A DNA stretch of 46,780 nucleotides from a virus (Duplodnaviria > Caudoviricetes), in IMG/VR virus record IMGVR_UViG_3300022173_000087, positions 1 to 46,780 of that record; one strand, 5' to 3'. Under the pieces are notes generated by a model. It had not been told where the DNA came from. It did not search any database and saw only the letters and a list, made by a program, of their open reading frames with translations. The position numbers and the translations under genes were made by a program. Shown one piece after another: positions 35,581-44,113 of the stretch; position 1 is the first letter of the stretch; every line of letters begins with the position of its first letter.

Positions 35581-36011
35581 CGGAACCCCCGGCTCTGCAT
35601 TGGGCGCTTGCCCTGGGGAAATGGGCGGCTCGGGATGCTGTGCTTGCGGCGGCGGACCACGCCCGCGCCGGTCAGTTTCGCAACCTTGATGGCGTCGTGC
35701 TCGGCCTGCCGGCGTTCGATGCGCTTGCCCTTGGCAATGCGGGGTACGTCGATCTTGGCGGTGATCTCTTTGTGTGCGGCCTTTTCCTCCGGCTGGAGGT
35801 TCCAGTGAACGTCCTTGCCGCCGTGCGCCTTCGGGATCGGGAAGTGATGGAAGTCGAACCGGCGCAGGATCTCATCCTCGGTCAGCCGCTTGGACAGTTC
35901 GTAAGGGATGATCTTGACGTACTCGGCATTGGCTTCGTCGTAGCGCACAAGTTGGCACAGCGCCGAGCACAGCTTGGTCTTGAGGCTGACGTGGGCCCGG
36001 CGCGCGCTCAT
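35577..36011 (-). CDS. HNH-like nuclease
   Basis: FDFHH.PIP...GG...NL......H...T...D...IAKGKR. Confidence 0.65.
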   Translation of the reverse strand: MSARRAHVSLKTKLCSALCQLVRYDEANAEYVKIIPYELSKRLTEDEILRRFDFHHFPIPKAHGGKDVHWNLQPEEKAAHKEITAKIDVPRIAKGKRIERRQAEHDAIKVAKLTGAGVVRRRKHSIPSRPFPQGKRPMQSRGFR

Positions 36012-36014
36012 GGC

Positions 36015-36527
36015 CTATGCCGCCTTCCCGGTGTTCTGAGTCAGAGCATCGCGCGAAACCCCGACCATGCCGGACACGATCTCGAGCACCGCAGCCTTGG
36101 ACGCTTCGAAGTCCTTTTTGCCCATCGCACGAAGCGACTGGGATTTCGCGGTGCGGACGATGACGAACTGATCTCGGATGAAGATGATCGCGAAGTCGTC
36201 GCGCTTGCGGATCGCGGCGCCGACGTTCGGCGCAACCGTGTTGCTGCCGCAGTCGATGATTTCTTCGTCGTAGTATTTGGCATCGACCAGGGCGCGTTTT
36301 CGCAAATGTTCGCTGGTGGGGAAGCGCTCGGCGACGTCCTCCGGCAAGTTCTTCCATGCCTCGTGCACGGCTGCGAAGTAATGGTTATGGCTCGACTGCG
36401 ACCGCTCCTCGTGAACGACCAGCGGATAGGTTTCGCCAACCACGAAATGCTTGTCGGCCACCAGCGGGCGCAATGGCGCGAAGGCGTCACCGTCCCAACG
36501 GCAATGAAGGGGCGGGGGTGCGTTCAT
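36015..36527 (-). CDS. Recombination accessory protein (NinB/DUF1367-like)
   Basis: ERSQSSHNHYFA...LRKRAL...KSQSLRAM; follows exo/erf. Confidence 0.55.
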   Translation of the reverse strand: MNAPPPLHCRWDGDAFAPLRPLVADKHFVVGETYPLVVHEERSQSSHNHYFAAVHEAWKNLPEDVAERFPTSEHLRKRALVDAKYYDEEIIDCGSNTVAPNVGAAIRKRDDFAIIFIRDQFVIVRTAKSQSLRAMGKKDFEASKAAVLEIVSGMVGVSRDALTQNTGKAA

Positions 36528-37153
36528 GCTGCGACCCTTTCGGCGGAGCCGTACGCCCTGATCCTCTCAACAAGGTCGGCCAGTTCGGCGTTGAACTGAT
36601 CGACAGCGGCGCGCAATTCGGCGATGCACTTTTCGTCGCGCACCACGCGGGTCACGAACAGCGGAAGCCGCGGGCAATAACTGGCGAAGTCCCACCATTC
36701 GCGCTCGGCAATCCAGAGGCAGCCTTGAACCTGCAGCCGGTGTTCGCTCGGCAGTTCGTTGCGTTCCAGCCGTTCGATTTGAATGTGAGCCAGCGCCGAC
36801 TTGATCTCCAAGCCGCCGCCGGCGCCGAGCAAACTATCCGGGCTGCACCCTGTGGTGCCATTGCGAATAAAGCCAACGCGCTGCGGCTCGGCGTCGAAGG
36901 TCAAGGCATACAAGTTACGCGCCTCGTCCTCCATTGCCGTTCCGCGCTCCATGTGCGCGTTGGAATAGCTATCCATGGGCTCACCGGTCAGCAGTTCGCC
37001 GGCCAGCTTCCGCATATATTCTGTGCGGGTTTTCTTGTCCTTGGCGTCCTTGTTGACCGCCACGATCTTCTTGAACTCCGATGCGGTCGGGATGCCAAGG
37101 CGCGCGGCAAACCACTCCGGCGAGTTCTGTTCGCAATCGATGATCTGCATCAT
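36524..37153 (-). CDS. YqaJ/lambda-exonuclease family
   Basis: EQNSPEWFAARLGIPTAS; GCSPD; LEIKS; QVQG. Confidence 0.9.
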   Translation of the reverse strand: MMQIIDCEQNSPEWFAARLGIPTASEFKKIVAVNKDAKDKKTRTEYMRKLAGELLTGEPMDSYSNAHMERGTAMEDEARNLYALTFDAEPQRVGFIRNGTTGCSPDSLLGAGGGLEIKSALAHIQIERLERNELPSEHRLQVQGCLWIAEREWWDFASYCPRLPLFVTRVVRDEKCIAELRAAVDQFNAELADLVERIRAYGSAERVAA

Positions 37154-37932
37154 GACACTACCTCCGGCTTCTTGGCTGGCTTCTGCAGCGCAGCCTTGGC
37201 GCGGTCGAAGTCGGCGGCGAGAAGGTCCGCGGTGCTTTCGATTTTGAAGATGGACAGGAACTTGTCGAGCGCAGCGGCGGGGTTGGAGCGGGCTCCGATT
37301 AACGCCTTGATCTCGTCGTCCTGCGCGTCGGTGATGGTGGTGAGGTCAACGGTGGTCGATGATGCCTTGGCGTCGTCGTCCATCGACGCCGACAGCCCAA
37401 GCGCAGCCTTGAGCGTGTACCGCTGCAAGTAGGTGACGGTCGATCCGATCTGCTGGATGCTGTTCTTGTTGCCGGTGTCGTCGCGGCCGGCTGAGAGGGT
37501 GTTCTCCTCGCTGTGGCCCATGCGGTGCGACACGATGCACGTCACGGTGACCGGCTCGTTCGGCACGGAGCTGGTCCTGTAGCGGTAGGACAGCCCATGC
37601 TTGGCAAGGATCGGATCGACTTGGCGCGCGATCCCGGCCATGTCCTCGTGCCGGTAGTTAGTCCGGCCCTTGGCGCTGGTGAAGTCCACGGTGCGGTTCT
37701 TGAAAATGACCGGCATGTCGGCCTTCGCCGCCGCCATCGCCTCGTCGAACGCCTGCTTGGCCTGCTGCGCCTGCCAGCGCTCCTGCAGCGCCATCAGTTT
37801 TTCCAGGGTTTCGACGCTGGCGCCGGACTCGGACGCGCGCGCGATCATGTCCATGGGTGTGAGCGCGCCACCGGTTGTCGGCGCAAGCGCGGTGGTCGGC
37901 TCGTGTTCGATGGTCTTGGCTTGGACACTCAT
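37150..37932 (-). CDS. erf: ERF-family single-strand annealing protein
   Basis: HGLSY; GHSEE; QQIGSTVTYLQRYTLKAALGL...DDD. Confidence 0.9.
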   Translation of the reverse strand: MSVQAKTIEHEPTTALAPTTGGALTPMDMIARASESGASVETLEKLMALQERWQAQQAKQAFDEAMAAAKADMPVIFKNRTVDFTSAKGRTNYRHEDMAGIARQVDPILAKHGLSYRYRTSSVPNEPVTVTCIVSHRMGHSEENTLSAGRDDTGNKNSIQQIGSTVTYLQRYTLKAALGLSASMDDDAKASSTTVDLTTITDAQDDEIKALIGARSNPAAALDKFLSIFKIESTADLLAADFDRAKAALQKPAKKPEVVS

Positions 37933-38192
37933 ACGCGGCTCCTGCGGTTGACGTGAGTTGTTGCGGTGGTGGCGAGAACTTGGCTCAGCGCGGCGATCTG
38001 GTTTGCAACCTTCGCCGTCTGTTCGCTGGCGGTTTTGACGCCGACCATGTGGCGGGAGTTTTGGTTATCGCGGAGCGACTTGATGGAGGCGGCGAGGATG
38101 CGGCCGGCGTCTTCGATCTCCAGAACGGCGAACTCCAGACCGTTGTAGATTCGGTCGTCGGAATTTCGCTGGCGGACGGCTGGCGCGTTCAT
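37929..38192 (-). CDS. Hypothetical helical protein
   Basis: TGATG and ATGA coupling. Confidence 0.55.
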   Translation of the reverse strand: MNAPAVRQRNSDDRIYNGLEFAVLEIEDAGRILAASIKSLRDNQNSRHMVGVKTASEQTAKVANQIAALSQVLATTATTHVNRRSRV

Positions 38193-38308
38193 CACAGCGC
38201 TCCCAGGAATGGCGCGGAAGCGACCAGAACAATCGCTGCGACCAGCGCTGCGATTACGATCCGCTCGCCAAGCGAAAGAGGGTATTGATCGGGAGATTGG
38301 AAAGGCAC
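38192..38308 (-). CDS. Small membrane peptide (38 aa), not in ORF track
   Basis: GGAGG SD and GTG start; RIVIAALVAAIVLVASAPFLGAL. Confidence 0.55.
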   Translation of the reverse strand: MPFQSPDQYPLSLGERIVIAALVAAIVLVASAPFLGAL

Positions 38309-38310
38309 GA

Positions 38311-38517
38311 TCACGCCTCCTCGTGCTGGGAGGCGTTGGCTTTAGCCACCACAGCAATCACTTGGCTGAAGGCCGCCCACAATTCGTCGTCGTTGGTGGT
38401 AATTTTCCGGGTGCTGAGCACCGCGCCGATGCGTTTGAGCGCCGTCAGCATTTCAGAATTGCTTTCCTTGAGGTCGCGAACCATATCGAGGGTGCTGCGC
38501 GGGTCATTGTCGCTCAT
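38311..38517 (-). CDS. Hypothetical protein
   Basis: GGAGG SD; EMLTALK...AVVAKA. Confidence 0.6.
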   Translation of the reverse strand: MSDNDPRSTLDMVRDLKESNSEMLTALKRIGAVLSTRKITTNDDELWAAFSQVIAVVAKANASQHEEA

Positions 38518-38519
38518 GC

Positions 38520-38732
38520 TCACGCCTCCTCGTTCTGGTAGTTCTTGCGCTCGTGCTCGGCGCGAATCTTGCGGTTGAATGCGCGCAGCGTGGACGACAC
38601 GTGCATGTCGACCATTTCGCATCCGCCGAAATCGTCGATGGTCGAAATCGAACAATCGTCCGCGATCACGGTTTCGCCGGACGTCTTGTCGATCACCCGA
38701 AATTCGAATTTGTAGTCTGGCTGGGTGCTCAT
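38520..38732 (-). CDS. Hypothetical protein
   Basis: ATGA coupling. Confidence 0.6.
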   Translation of the reverse strand: MSTQPDYKFEFRVIDKTSGETVIADDCSISTIDDFGGCEMVDMHVSSTLRAFNRKIRAEHERKNYQNEEA

Positions 38733-39172
38733 TCCGCAGCCTCCGCAAACACCGGCGCGCGCAACCCGGCGACCGTCTCAGCGAACTCCGCGTGCATCCC
38801 CTTGCGACGCATCAGCCGCAAAATCATGTGAAGTTCGCCGCGAACCATCGAAGGCAACCGGATGTGTTCGCCCGGACGTTTGATGGAGCAGTCGAGTTTG
38901 AGAAGCGTGCAGGCTTCGTCCAGCGTCAGTTCGCCTTCGACGAAGCGGCCGATGTAGCCGGAGAAACGCGCGCGCACTTCCGGGTGCCCGAAGCTTTTCC
39001 GGATCAGCCGCTCAACATCGATTTTTTTCTTGTTGAAAACTCCCGCCGGGGAAAACTGCGCATCAATCCCCTTCAGCGCGGCGTCCAAAGCGCCGATGCC
39101 CTGAGCGCGGGCCGCGGCAACCGCCGTACGCCCCCTGGCCTCATCTCGCGTTTCCCTTGGGAAATAAGCCAT
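38729..39172 (-). CDS. First gene of the leftward early operon, hypothetical
   Basis: GGGGAG SD downstream of PL. Confidence 0.65.
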   Translation of the reverse strand: MAYFPRETRDEARGRTAVAAARAQGIGALDAALKGIDAQFSPAGVFNKKKIDVERLIRKSFGHPEVRARFSGYIGRFVEGELTLDEACTLLKLDCSIKRPGEHIRLPSMVRGELHMILRLMRRKGMHAEFAETVAGLRAPVFAEAAE

Positions 39173-39191
39173 TTGTCCGCTCCCCGTTAGT

Positions 39192-39252
39192 CAACATGTT
39201 GTGTATAGATCAGACTTACGGGCTTTGCAAGCAAGATATACGCAGAATGTTG
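39192..39252 (-). promoter_or_regulatory. PL promoter with two operators
   Basis: TTGCAA-17-TATACA on the minus strand; CAACATGTTGTG (39192-39203) and reverse CAACATTCTGCG (39241-39252). Confidence 0.75.
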
Positions 39253-39306
39253 ACTTTCTTGCGAACGGATTCCATAGCCGATGGGGAAGCGTGTTCGTGC
39301 GTGCGG

Positions 39307-39339
39307 AAAACGAAAAACGCCCCGCTTGCTGGCGGGGCG
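39307..39339 (-). terminator. Rho-independent terminator
   Basis: CGCCCCGC-6 nt-GCGGGGCG followed by TTTTTCGTTTT on the minus strand. Confidence 0.75.
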
Positions 39340-39690
39340 CTATCGACGACCGGTGAGGCCACCGGGGGCTCAATCACATACTGCCCCTATACCTCAGCGG
39401 CGCGTCGGACACAAGACCTAGTCGGTCTGGTGGGTTGCCGTCGTGGCTGGACCCCAACGCTTGGGGCTCAGCTCTCCCAACAGGAACGGCAGGCGCAGGG
39501 TGTGAGGGCAATTGCCCTGCTCGGATGCGCCGTTGGGGAAATCGCCGAGCACGGCCGAAGGTCCCATTCTGGCTCCGTCGATTAGGACCGGCCGATATCT
39601 CCCTACCCAGACAATGGCGGTGGCCGTTGGGGGTAAGGGGGGTGTTGGCCTCCCGAACCCTTCTTCACCATCGATTAGAACAAGAAAAAC
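39340..39690. ncRNA. Candidate structured non-coding RNA
   Basis: At least 7 nested or adjacent inverted repeats, no convincing ORF, ends at a terminator. Confidence 0.4.
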
Positions 39691-39740
39691 ATATACTTAG
39701 CTTGCTTTAACACAGTTAAGAATCGACGGATTCTTCCGCG

Positions 39741-39947
39741 CTATTTCAGCGTGATGTCCCGCTCGATCAGCTGATCGATTGCGAGATAGGCCACCGCGAA
39801 CACGGCCAGGAACACCCCGTATCCGACGAATCCATCGTCTTGGATCCACGCCTTTGCCGCGGCGGCGGCAATGGATGCGCCGGCGACCGTGAGAATCCGA
39901 TTCGTCCGTCCGATTTTGCGCTCCAAGCCAGCCAGGCGGTCGCCCAT
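39741..39947 (-). CDS. Small two-TM membrane protein downstream of the repressor (start uncertain)
   Basis: ILTVAGASIAAAAA / GFVGYGVFLAVFAVAYLAI. Confidence 0.55.
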   Translation of the reverse strand: MGDRLAGLERKIGRTNRILTVAGASIAAAAAKAWIQDDGFVGYGVFLAVFAVAYLAIDQLIERDITLK

Positions 39948-39997
39948 GCGTTGTTCTGGCTCGGACAGGCATCCGTCGCCTCGGAAGTGATTCGCGC

Positions 39998-40357
39998 TCA
40001 CCGGCGGCCTCGGCTGGCCACCAGGGCGCCGATCATTGTGAGAGCATCGTCCCGGATTTCCTGCGAAACGCCGCGAAGCAGTTCGTCGGCGCTGGGCTGG
40101 TCGGGGTGCCGGTAGAGGTCTTGGGGCTCGATATCCAGCGCTTCGGCCACCGCGGCGATCACGCCGGCACTCATTTGCGAGGCTCCGGCGACGGTCCCGC
40201 TGCGGGCGGCCTTCTCCCACCTCGAGACGGTCATATCGGTCACGATGGGGTCCAGGCGCTCGCCCAAAGCCTTTTGCGACAGTCCGCGCGCTTCTCGCCA
40301 CTCGGCCAGGTACATGCGCCGCGGTCGTCGGGGTCCGATTCGGACTCGTCCTGCCAT
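39998..40357 (-). CDS. CI-like XRE repressor (no S24 peptidase domain)
   Basis: YLAEWREARGLSQKALGERL...TVSRWEK; divergent from cro. Confidence 0.85.
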   Translation of the reverse strand: MAGRVRIGPRRPRRMYLAEWREARGLSQKALGERLDPIVTDMTVSRWEKAARSGTVAGASQMSAGVIAAVAEALDIEPQDLYRHPDQPSADELLRGVSQEIRDDALTMIGALVASRGRR

Positions 40358-40369
40358 GCCACTACTTGC

Positions 40370-40465
40370 CAACATATTGTGTCTACGTCACTTCTCGCAA
40401 AATGTTGCACGTGAAACACCGTCCACATGGGAGCGGCTTGCAATTACCAACATTTTGCGTATAAG
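40370..40465. promoter_or_regulatory. OR region: three operators and PR
   Basis: CAACATATTGTG 40370; reverse CAACATTTTGCG 40396; CAACATTTTGCG 40448 inside TTGCAA-16-TATAAG. Confidence 0.8.
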
Positions 40466-40471
40466 TGAGGA

Positions 40472-40705
40472 ATGAGCGAAGCACAGCATCCCCTCGTCCA
40501 ATTCCGCGAAAGCAGAAGCCCGCGCATGAGCCAGGATGCGCTCGGCGAGGCGCTCGGGGTGGACGGGATGACCGTCTATCGCTGGGAAAAACGCATGAGC
40601 GTGCCGCGAGAGCGGCTGTGGACGCCGATTGAATCCATCACGGGCATTCCGATCCACAAAATCCTGATGGCGTGCCGTCGTCCGCAAAGCGAGGACGCTG
40701 CGTGA
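40472..40705 (+). CDS. cro: Cro-like XRE regulator
   Basis: MSQDALGEALGVDGMTVYRWEK HTH. Confidence 0.8.
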   Translation: MSEAQHPLVQFRESRSPRMSQDALGEALGVDGMTVYRWEKRMSVPRERLWTPIESITGIPIHKILMACRRPQSEDAA

Positions 40706-40707
40706 CG

Positions 40708-41007
40708 CTACTGCATCCCCGATCTGTCGCGGAACGCCTCCGGAATGATGTGCGGGATGTCCTGCTCGCCCGTTCGCATGGCGACCAATCCGTTGCCGGC
40801 GTTGAGGATGAAGTGCTCGCGCGTCCAGATCGTCCGCAGGACGGGCACTCGGAAGATCAACCCGCTGTTGATGTCGGGATCTCTTTCGTACCGGAAATAG
40901 TATTTGTGAAAGAGGCCACCGAGGTTGTCCAACCTGTAGGCCCCATCGACGTAAATTTCCGGGATCGCGTTGCGTTCGATCAGCGGAAATCCGTTCTTCC
41001 CATTCAT
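40708..41007 (-). CDS. Hypothetical protein, antisense to the right operon
   Basis: GGGGGA SD; protein-like 99 aa. Confidence 0.6.
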   Translation of the reverse strand: MNGKNGFPLIERNAIPEIYVDGAYRLDNLGGLFHKYYFRYERDPDINSGLIFRVPVLRTIWTREHFILNAGNGLVAMRTGEQDIPHIIPEAFRDRSGMQ

Positions 41008-41019
41008 GCGATCCCCCGA

Positions 41020-41208
41020 TCACTGACTGCGGATGAAGACTCCTTGCATCATGGCAGCGTCTTGGAATGCGGGTCGGTCGATCACGATGACGACCTGATC
41101 GTCGGTCGCTTCCCAAGTCATAACGATGTCGTCGGCGTCGTCGTGTTCGATGCGGAGCAATTTCCGCACGCGGATAGGGGCAGCTTGTCCCATAGGGGGC
41201 CTCGTCAT
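41020..41208 (-). CDS. Hypothetical protein, antisense to the right operon
   Basis: Packed with 40708-41007. Confidence 0.5.
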   Translation of the reverse strand: MTRPPMGQAAPIRVRKLLRIEHDDADDIVMTWEATDDQVVIVIDRPAFQDAAMMQGVFIRSQ

Positions 41209-41567
41209 CTAAGCCGCAATGGGCGAGTTTGTCAGGGTTTTCCCTGCCTTCAAGCATCAAATTCCCGCAAGGCGGTAAATTCCGCATTGACGGTTGGAAT
41301 CGAAACAAATCAGCGGTCTGTGCGGTGGGAGTCATCCGCCGTGCGCCAAGAGCGCCAGCGCGAAGACGCCGCACCACAGCAGAACATTTTCGATTTCGAG
41401 AAAACTGTTGCGTTCCATCGCGTCACCGTCGGTTCAGGTTTTGCGCATCCGCGCGGCTGTGAAGAGTTGACCGGAGAGGCACGCGGTACGCCGCCTCTCC
41501 GGTCCCTTTCCGCGCGTTGGGGGCAATCGCGCGGTCAGTTTGTGTTCGTGTATCGGGGGAGTTCGTC

Positions 41568-41810
41568 ATGGGTGCAGGATCGTCTGCCATCGTCGTCGCG
41601 TCGATGGAAAAGCGGGGCAACGGGTTGCTCCACGGTGCAACGGATTGCACCACTATTCACGTCCGCGCCGCGCGCGGAATTTGGCCTGACAAAACAGCGG
41701 AGTGCTGGGCGGCGGCTGCCGGAGTGCAGCCCCGCATGGCGAAATATTGGCTCGCTGGCTACCGCGTCTCTGACGCCGGTCGCCTCGCGATCATACGCCT
41801 GCTGACGTAG
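41568..41810 (+). CDS. CII-like HTH regulator
   Basis: GGGGAG SD; WPDKTAECWAAAAGVQPRMAKYWLAG. Confidence 0.55.
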   Translation: MGAGSSAIVVASMEKRGNGLLHGATDCTTIHVRAARGIWPDKTAECWAAAAGVQPRMAKYWLAGYRVSDAGRLAIIRLLT

Positions 41811-42064
41811 GCGGAATTTCTGATGCCGCACGTCGCGGCGAGTAGTCGGGGAGCGACTTCGGGGGGACCGAGGGCCAATCCCACAGTTCAGTTGCGTACC
41901 GCGTGATCTCGTCTCGTAAACGGGGAGCGATGCGCTGTGCCTCCAAGCCTGTTCGATCTCGAATACGAGCGCATGAATTCGCGGCGCAACTCCGCGCGCA
42001 AACGTCTTTCGTTCCCATCCGCGCTCGCTATCCCGCCTCCCCCAACTGACGGCGAGCGTGTGAC

Positions 42065-42108
42065 GCCCGCCGGCACTGTCCCCCACGGTGCCGGCGGGCA
42101 ACCTTTTA
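42065..42108 (+). terminator. Strong hairpin, possible terminator/attenuator
   Basis: GCCCGCCGGCAC/GTGCCGGCGGGC perfect 12-bp stem, C-rich loop, short T run. Confidence 0.5.
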
Positions 42109-42130
42109 CAAACGAAAATCAGTATCAGGA

Positions 42131-42640
42131 GTGAAAAAAATGCTGGGAGTGAAGGAATTCGACAGCGGCGTGGCGTGCCTGGAAAACTATCGCGAGACGC
42201 GCGCCAGGTTGCGCAGCCTCAAACCACGGTCTGAGCCGGCTCCGGTCCCGCCTATGCCGCATCCGGTGCCGCCGACAGCGGTCATCATCGCCGCGGAAAT
42301 CCCGCCCGTCCGCCCGGAGGTTGTCATGGATCGCACCATGCCGATGAAGGCGGTCGTGGCGACGGTCGCGGAATACTACGAGATCCCGCTTCGGGAAATC
42401 CTTGGCCCCACGCGAGTCGCCAAGGTCGCGTTCGCCCGTCAGGTCGCCATGTACCTGCTGCGCGCATCGTTCGACCGGTCATGGAAGGACATCGGGCGCC
42501 GGGTCAGGCGCGACCACACCTGCGCGATTCACGGGCATCGCAAAATAGGAAGGCTTCTCGAGACCGACCAAAAACTCCGCGACGATATCGACGTCCTGCG
42601 CACCAAATTGGCCGATCTCTTGCCCGCGGGGGCCGCGTGA
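42131..42640 (+). CDS. DnaA C-terminal (domain IV) HTH protein
   Basis: VAEYYEI...ARQVAMYL...SWKDIGRRVRRDHTCAIHG..KI. Confidence 0.85.
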   Translation: MKKMLGVKEFDSGVACLENYRETRARLRSLKPRSEPAPVPPMPHPVPPTAVIIAAEIPPVRPEVVMDRTMPMKAVVATVAEYYEIPLREILGPTRVAKVAFARQVAMYLLRASFDRSWKDIGRRVRRDHTCAIHGHRKIGRLLETDQKLRDDIDVLRTKLADLLPAGAA

Positions 42641-43125
42641 TGGGTACGCACTGGAGCGACGATAGGGTCGAGGAGCTGAAGCGCCTGTATGCGCAGGGCC
42701 TGTCCGGGCAAGTCATCGGCCAGCAGATGGGCGGGATCACTCGCAACGCCGTGATCGGCAAAATCCACCGCCTTGGGCTCGCGATACAAACCGACACGGT
42801 TCGCGTGGAGCGCGTGCGATCCATGGCCAAAGCGCGCCATGACCGAAATCGAGGCCTGACGCAGAGGCTGTCGCGCCCAGGCCGTTTCAGCCGGCCGCAA
42901 ATTGGAACTGCCACGGAGCCCCCCCGGCATGTCGAGCCTGAGCCAATTCCGACCCCGGACTTCCTCGCCATCCCGCTCTCGGAGTTGAAGTCCGATTCCT
43001 GCCGCTGGCCACACGGGGAGGGGCCGTACACGTTCTGCGGCTGCCAAACCTTGGATGGGCTTTCCTATTGCCCGCCCCATTACCGCATCGCGACCACGCC
43101 GACCGCTGAAGAGGTGCGCGCGTGA
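42640..43125 (+). CDS. gcrA: GcrA-like cell-cycle regulator
   Basis: WSDDRVEELKRL..QGLS...GGITRNAVIGKIHRLGL; CRWPHGE...FCG...YCPPH. Confidence 0.88.
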   Translation: MGTHWSDDRVEELKRLYAQGLSGQVIGQQMGGITRNAVIGKIHRLGLAIQTDTVRVERVRSMAKARHDRNRGLTQRLSRPGRFSRPQIGTATEPPRHVEPEPIPTPDFLAIPLSELKSDSCRWPHGEGPYTFCGCQTLDGLSYCPPHYRIATTPTAEEVRA

Positions 43126-43499
43126 GCGCGTTTCCGAAAACCCTTTTCGTGAATCTCTACGCCGAGGGCGTGGGCGGCATGGTGGGCGCGGCCTACACCG
43201 ACCGCGTGAAAGCTGAGCAGAGCGCCAATTCCCACCGCATCATGATGATGGAATTGCCGACCAGTTTCGGCAGCCGCGTTCTGGTGCCTGCCGACCTTGG
43301 CGCCCGCCTCAACGCCTTCGCGGTCGACAATAACGCCGATCCCTCGCAAGTCATGACGGAAGCGCTCTCGATCTATTTCGCCATGCCGCGCGAGGTCCGC
43401 ACAGCGGCCCGACGGTACGCCACCGAACAGCGCACCACGCTTGCCGCAGTCATCGCGGAAGCGGCGCGCCGGTATTTCATGCCGCCGGAGGCCGCGTGA
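43122..43499 (+). CDS. Hypothetical protein with tandem ribbon-helix-helix-like units
   Basis: SQVMTEALSIYF / AAVIAEAARRYF. Confidence 0.55.
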   Translation: MSAFPKTLFVNLYAEGVGGMVGAAYTDRVKAEQSANSHRIMMMELPTSFGSRVLVPADLGARLNAFAVDNNADPSQVMTEALSIYFAMPREVRTAARRYATEQRTTLAAVIAEAARRYFMPPEAA

Positions 43500-44104
43500 G
43501 CGAGTCATCCCCTATCGCATTGGACCTCCCGCGCCGGGATTACCGCGCCGTCATGGCCGATCCGCCTTGGCGTTTCAAATCCAACAGCGCGGCGAAGCCC
43601 GGACGCAATGCCATGCGCCATTACTCGTGCATGTCGATGGAGGAGATTCAGGCGCTCCCGGTTGGCGACCATGTTGCCGACGACGCCGCGCTGTTTCTCT
43701 GGATCACCGGACCGCTTTTGGCGATCGGCGCTCATCTGCCGCTGATGAAGGCGTGGGGCTTCAAGCCGTCCGGGATGGGCTTCGTCTGGATCAAGTTGAA
43801 CCCAGGCGCGGCGCCGATGTTCGTCATGCGCGGCGATCTCGCGATGGGCGGCGGCTTCACCACGCGCAAGAACGCCGAGTTCTGTCTGATCGGCAAGCGC
43901 GGCAAGTCCGTCCGTCGAGACGCCGGCGTGCACGAGGTCATCATGTCGCCGCGCCGGCAGCACTCGCGCAAGCCCGACGAAATCATTGAGCGCATCGAGC
44001 GCTACACCGACGGCCCGTATCTCGAATTGTTTTCCAGAGCGTCGCGTCCGAACTGGACGTGCTGGGGCAATGAGGCGACCAAGTTCGATCAACAAGCTGC
44101 ATAG
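43496..44104 (+). CDS. MT-A70 family N6-adenine methyltransferase
   Basis: ADPPW; LFLWIT; HSRKPDE; YLELFSR..R.NW..WGNE. Confidence 0.92.
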   Translation: MSESSPIALDLPRRDYRAVMADPPWRFKSNSAAKPGRNAMRHYSCMSMEEIQALPVGDHVADDAALFLWITGPLLAIGAHLPLMKAWGFKPSGMGFVWIKLNPGAAPMFVMRGDLAMGGGFTTRKNAEFCLIGKRGKSVRRDAGVHEVIMSPRRQHSRKPDEIIERIERYTDGPYLELFSRASRPNWTCWGNEATKFDQQAA

Positions 44105-44113
44105 GAGGTTAAA

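Noticed and set aside
39707-39719. CtrA box
   Set aside because: TTAA-N5-TTAA does not match the N7 spacing.
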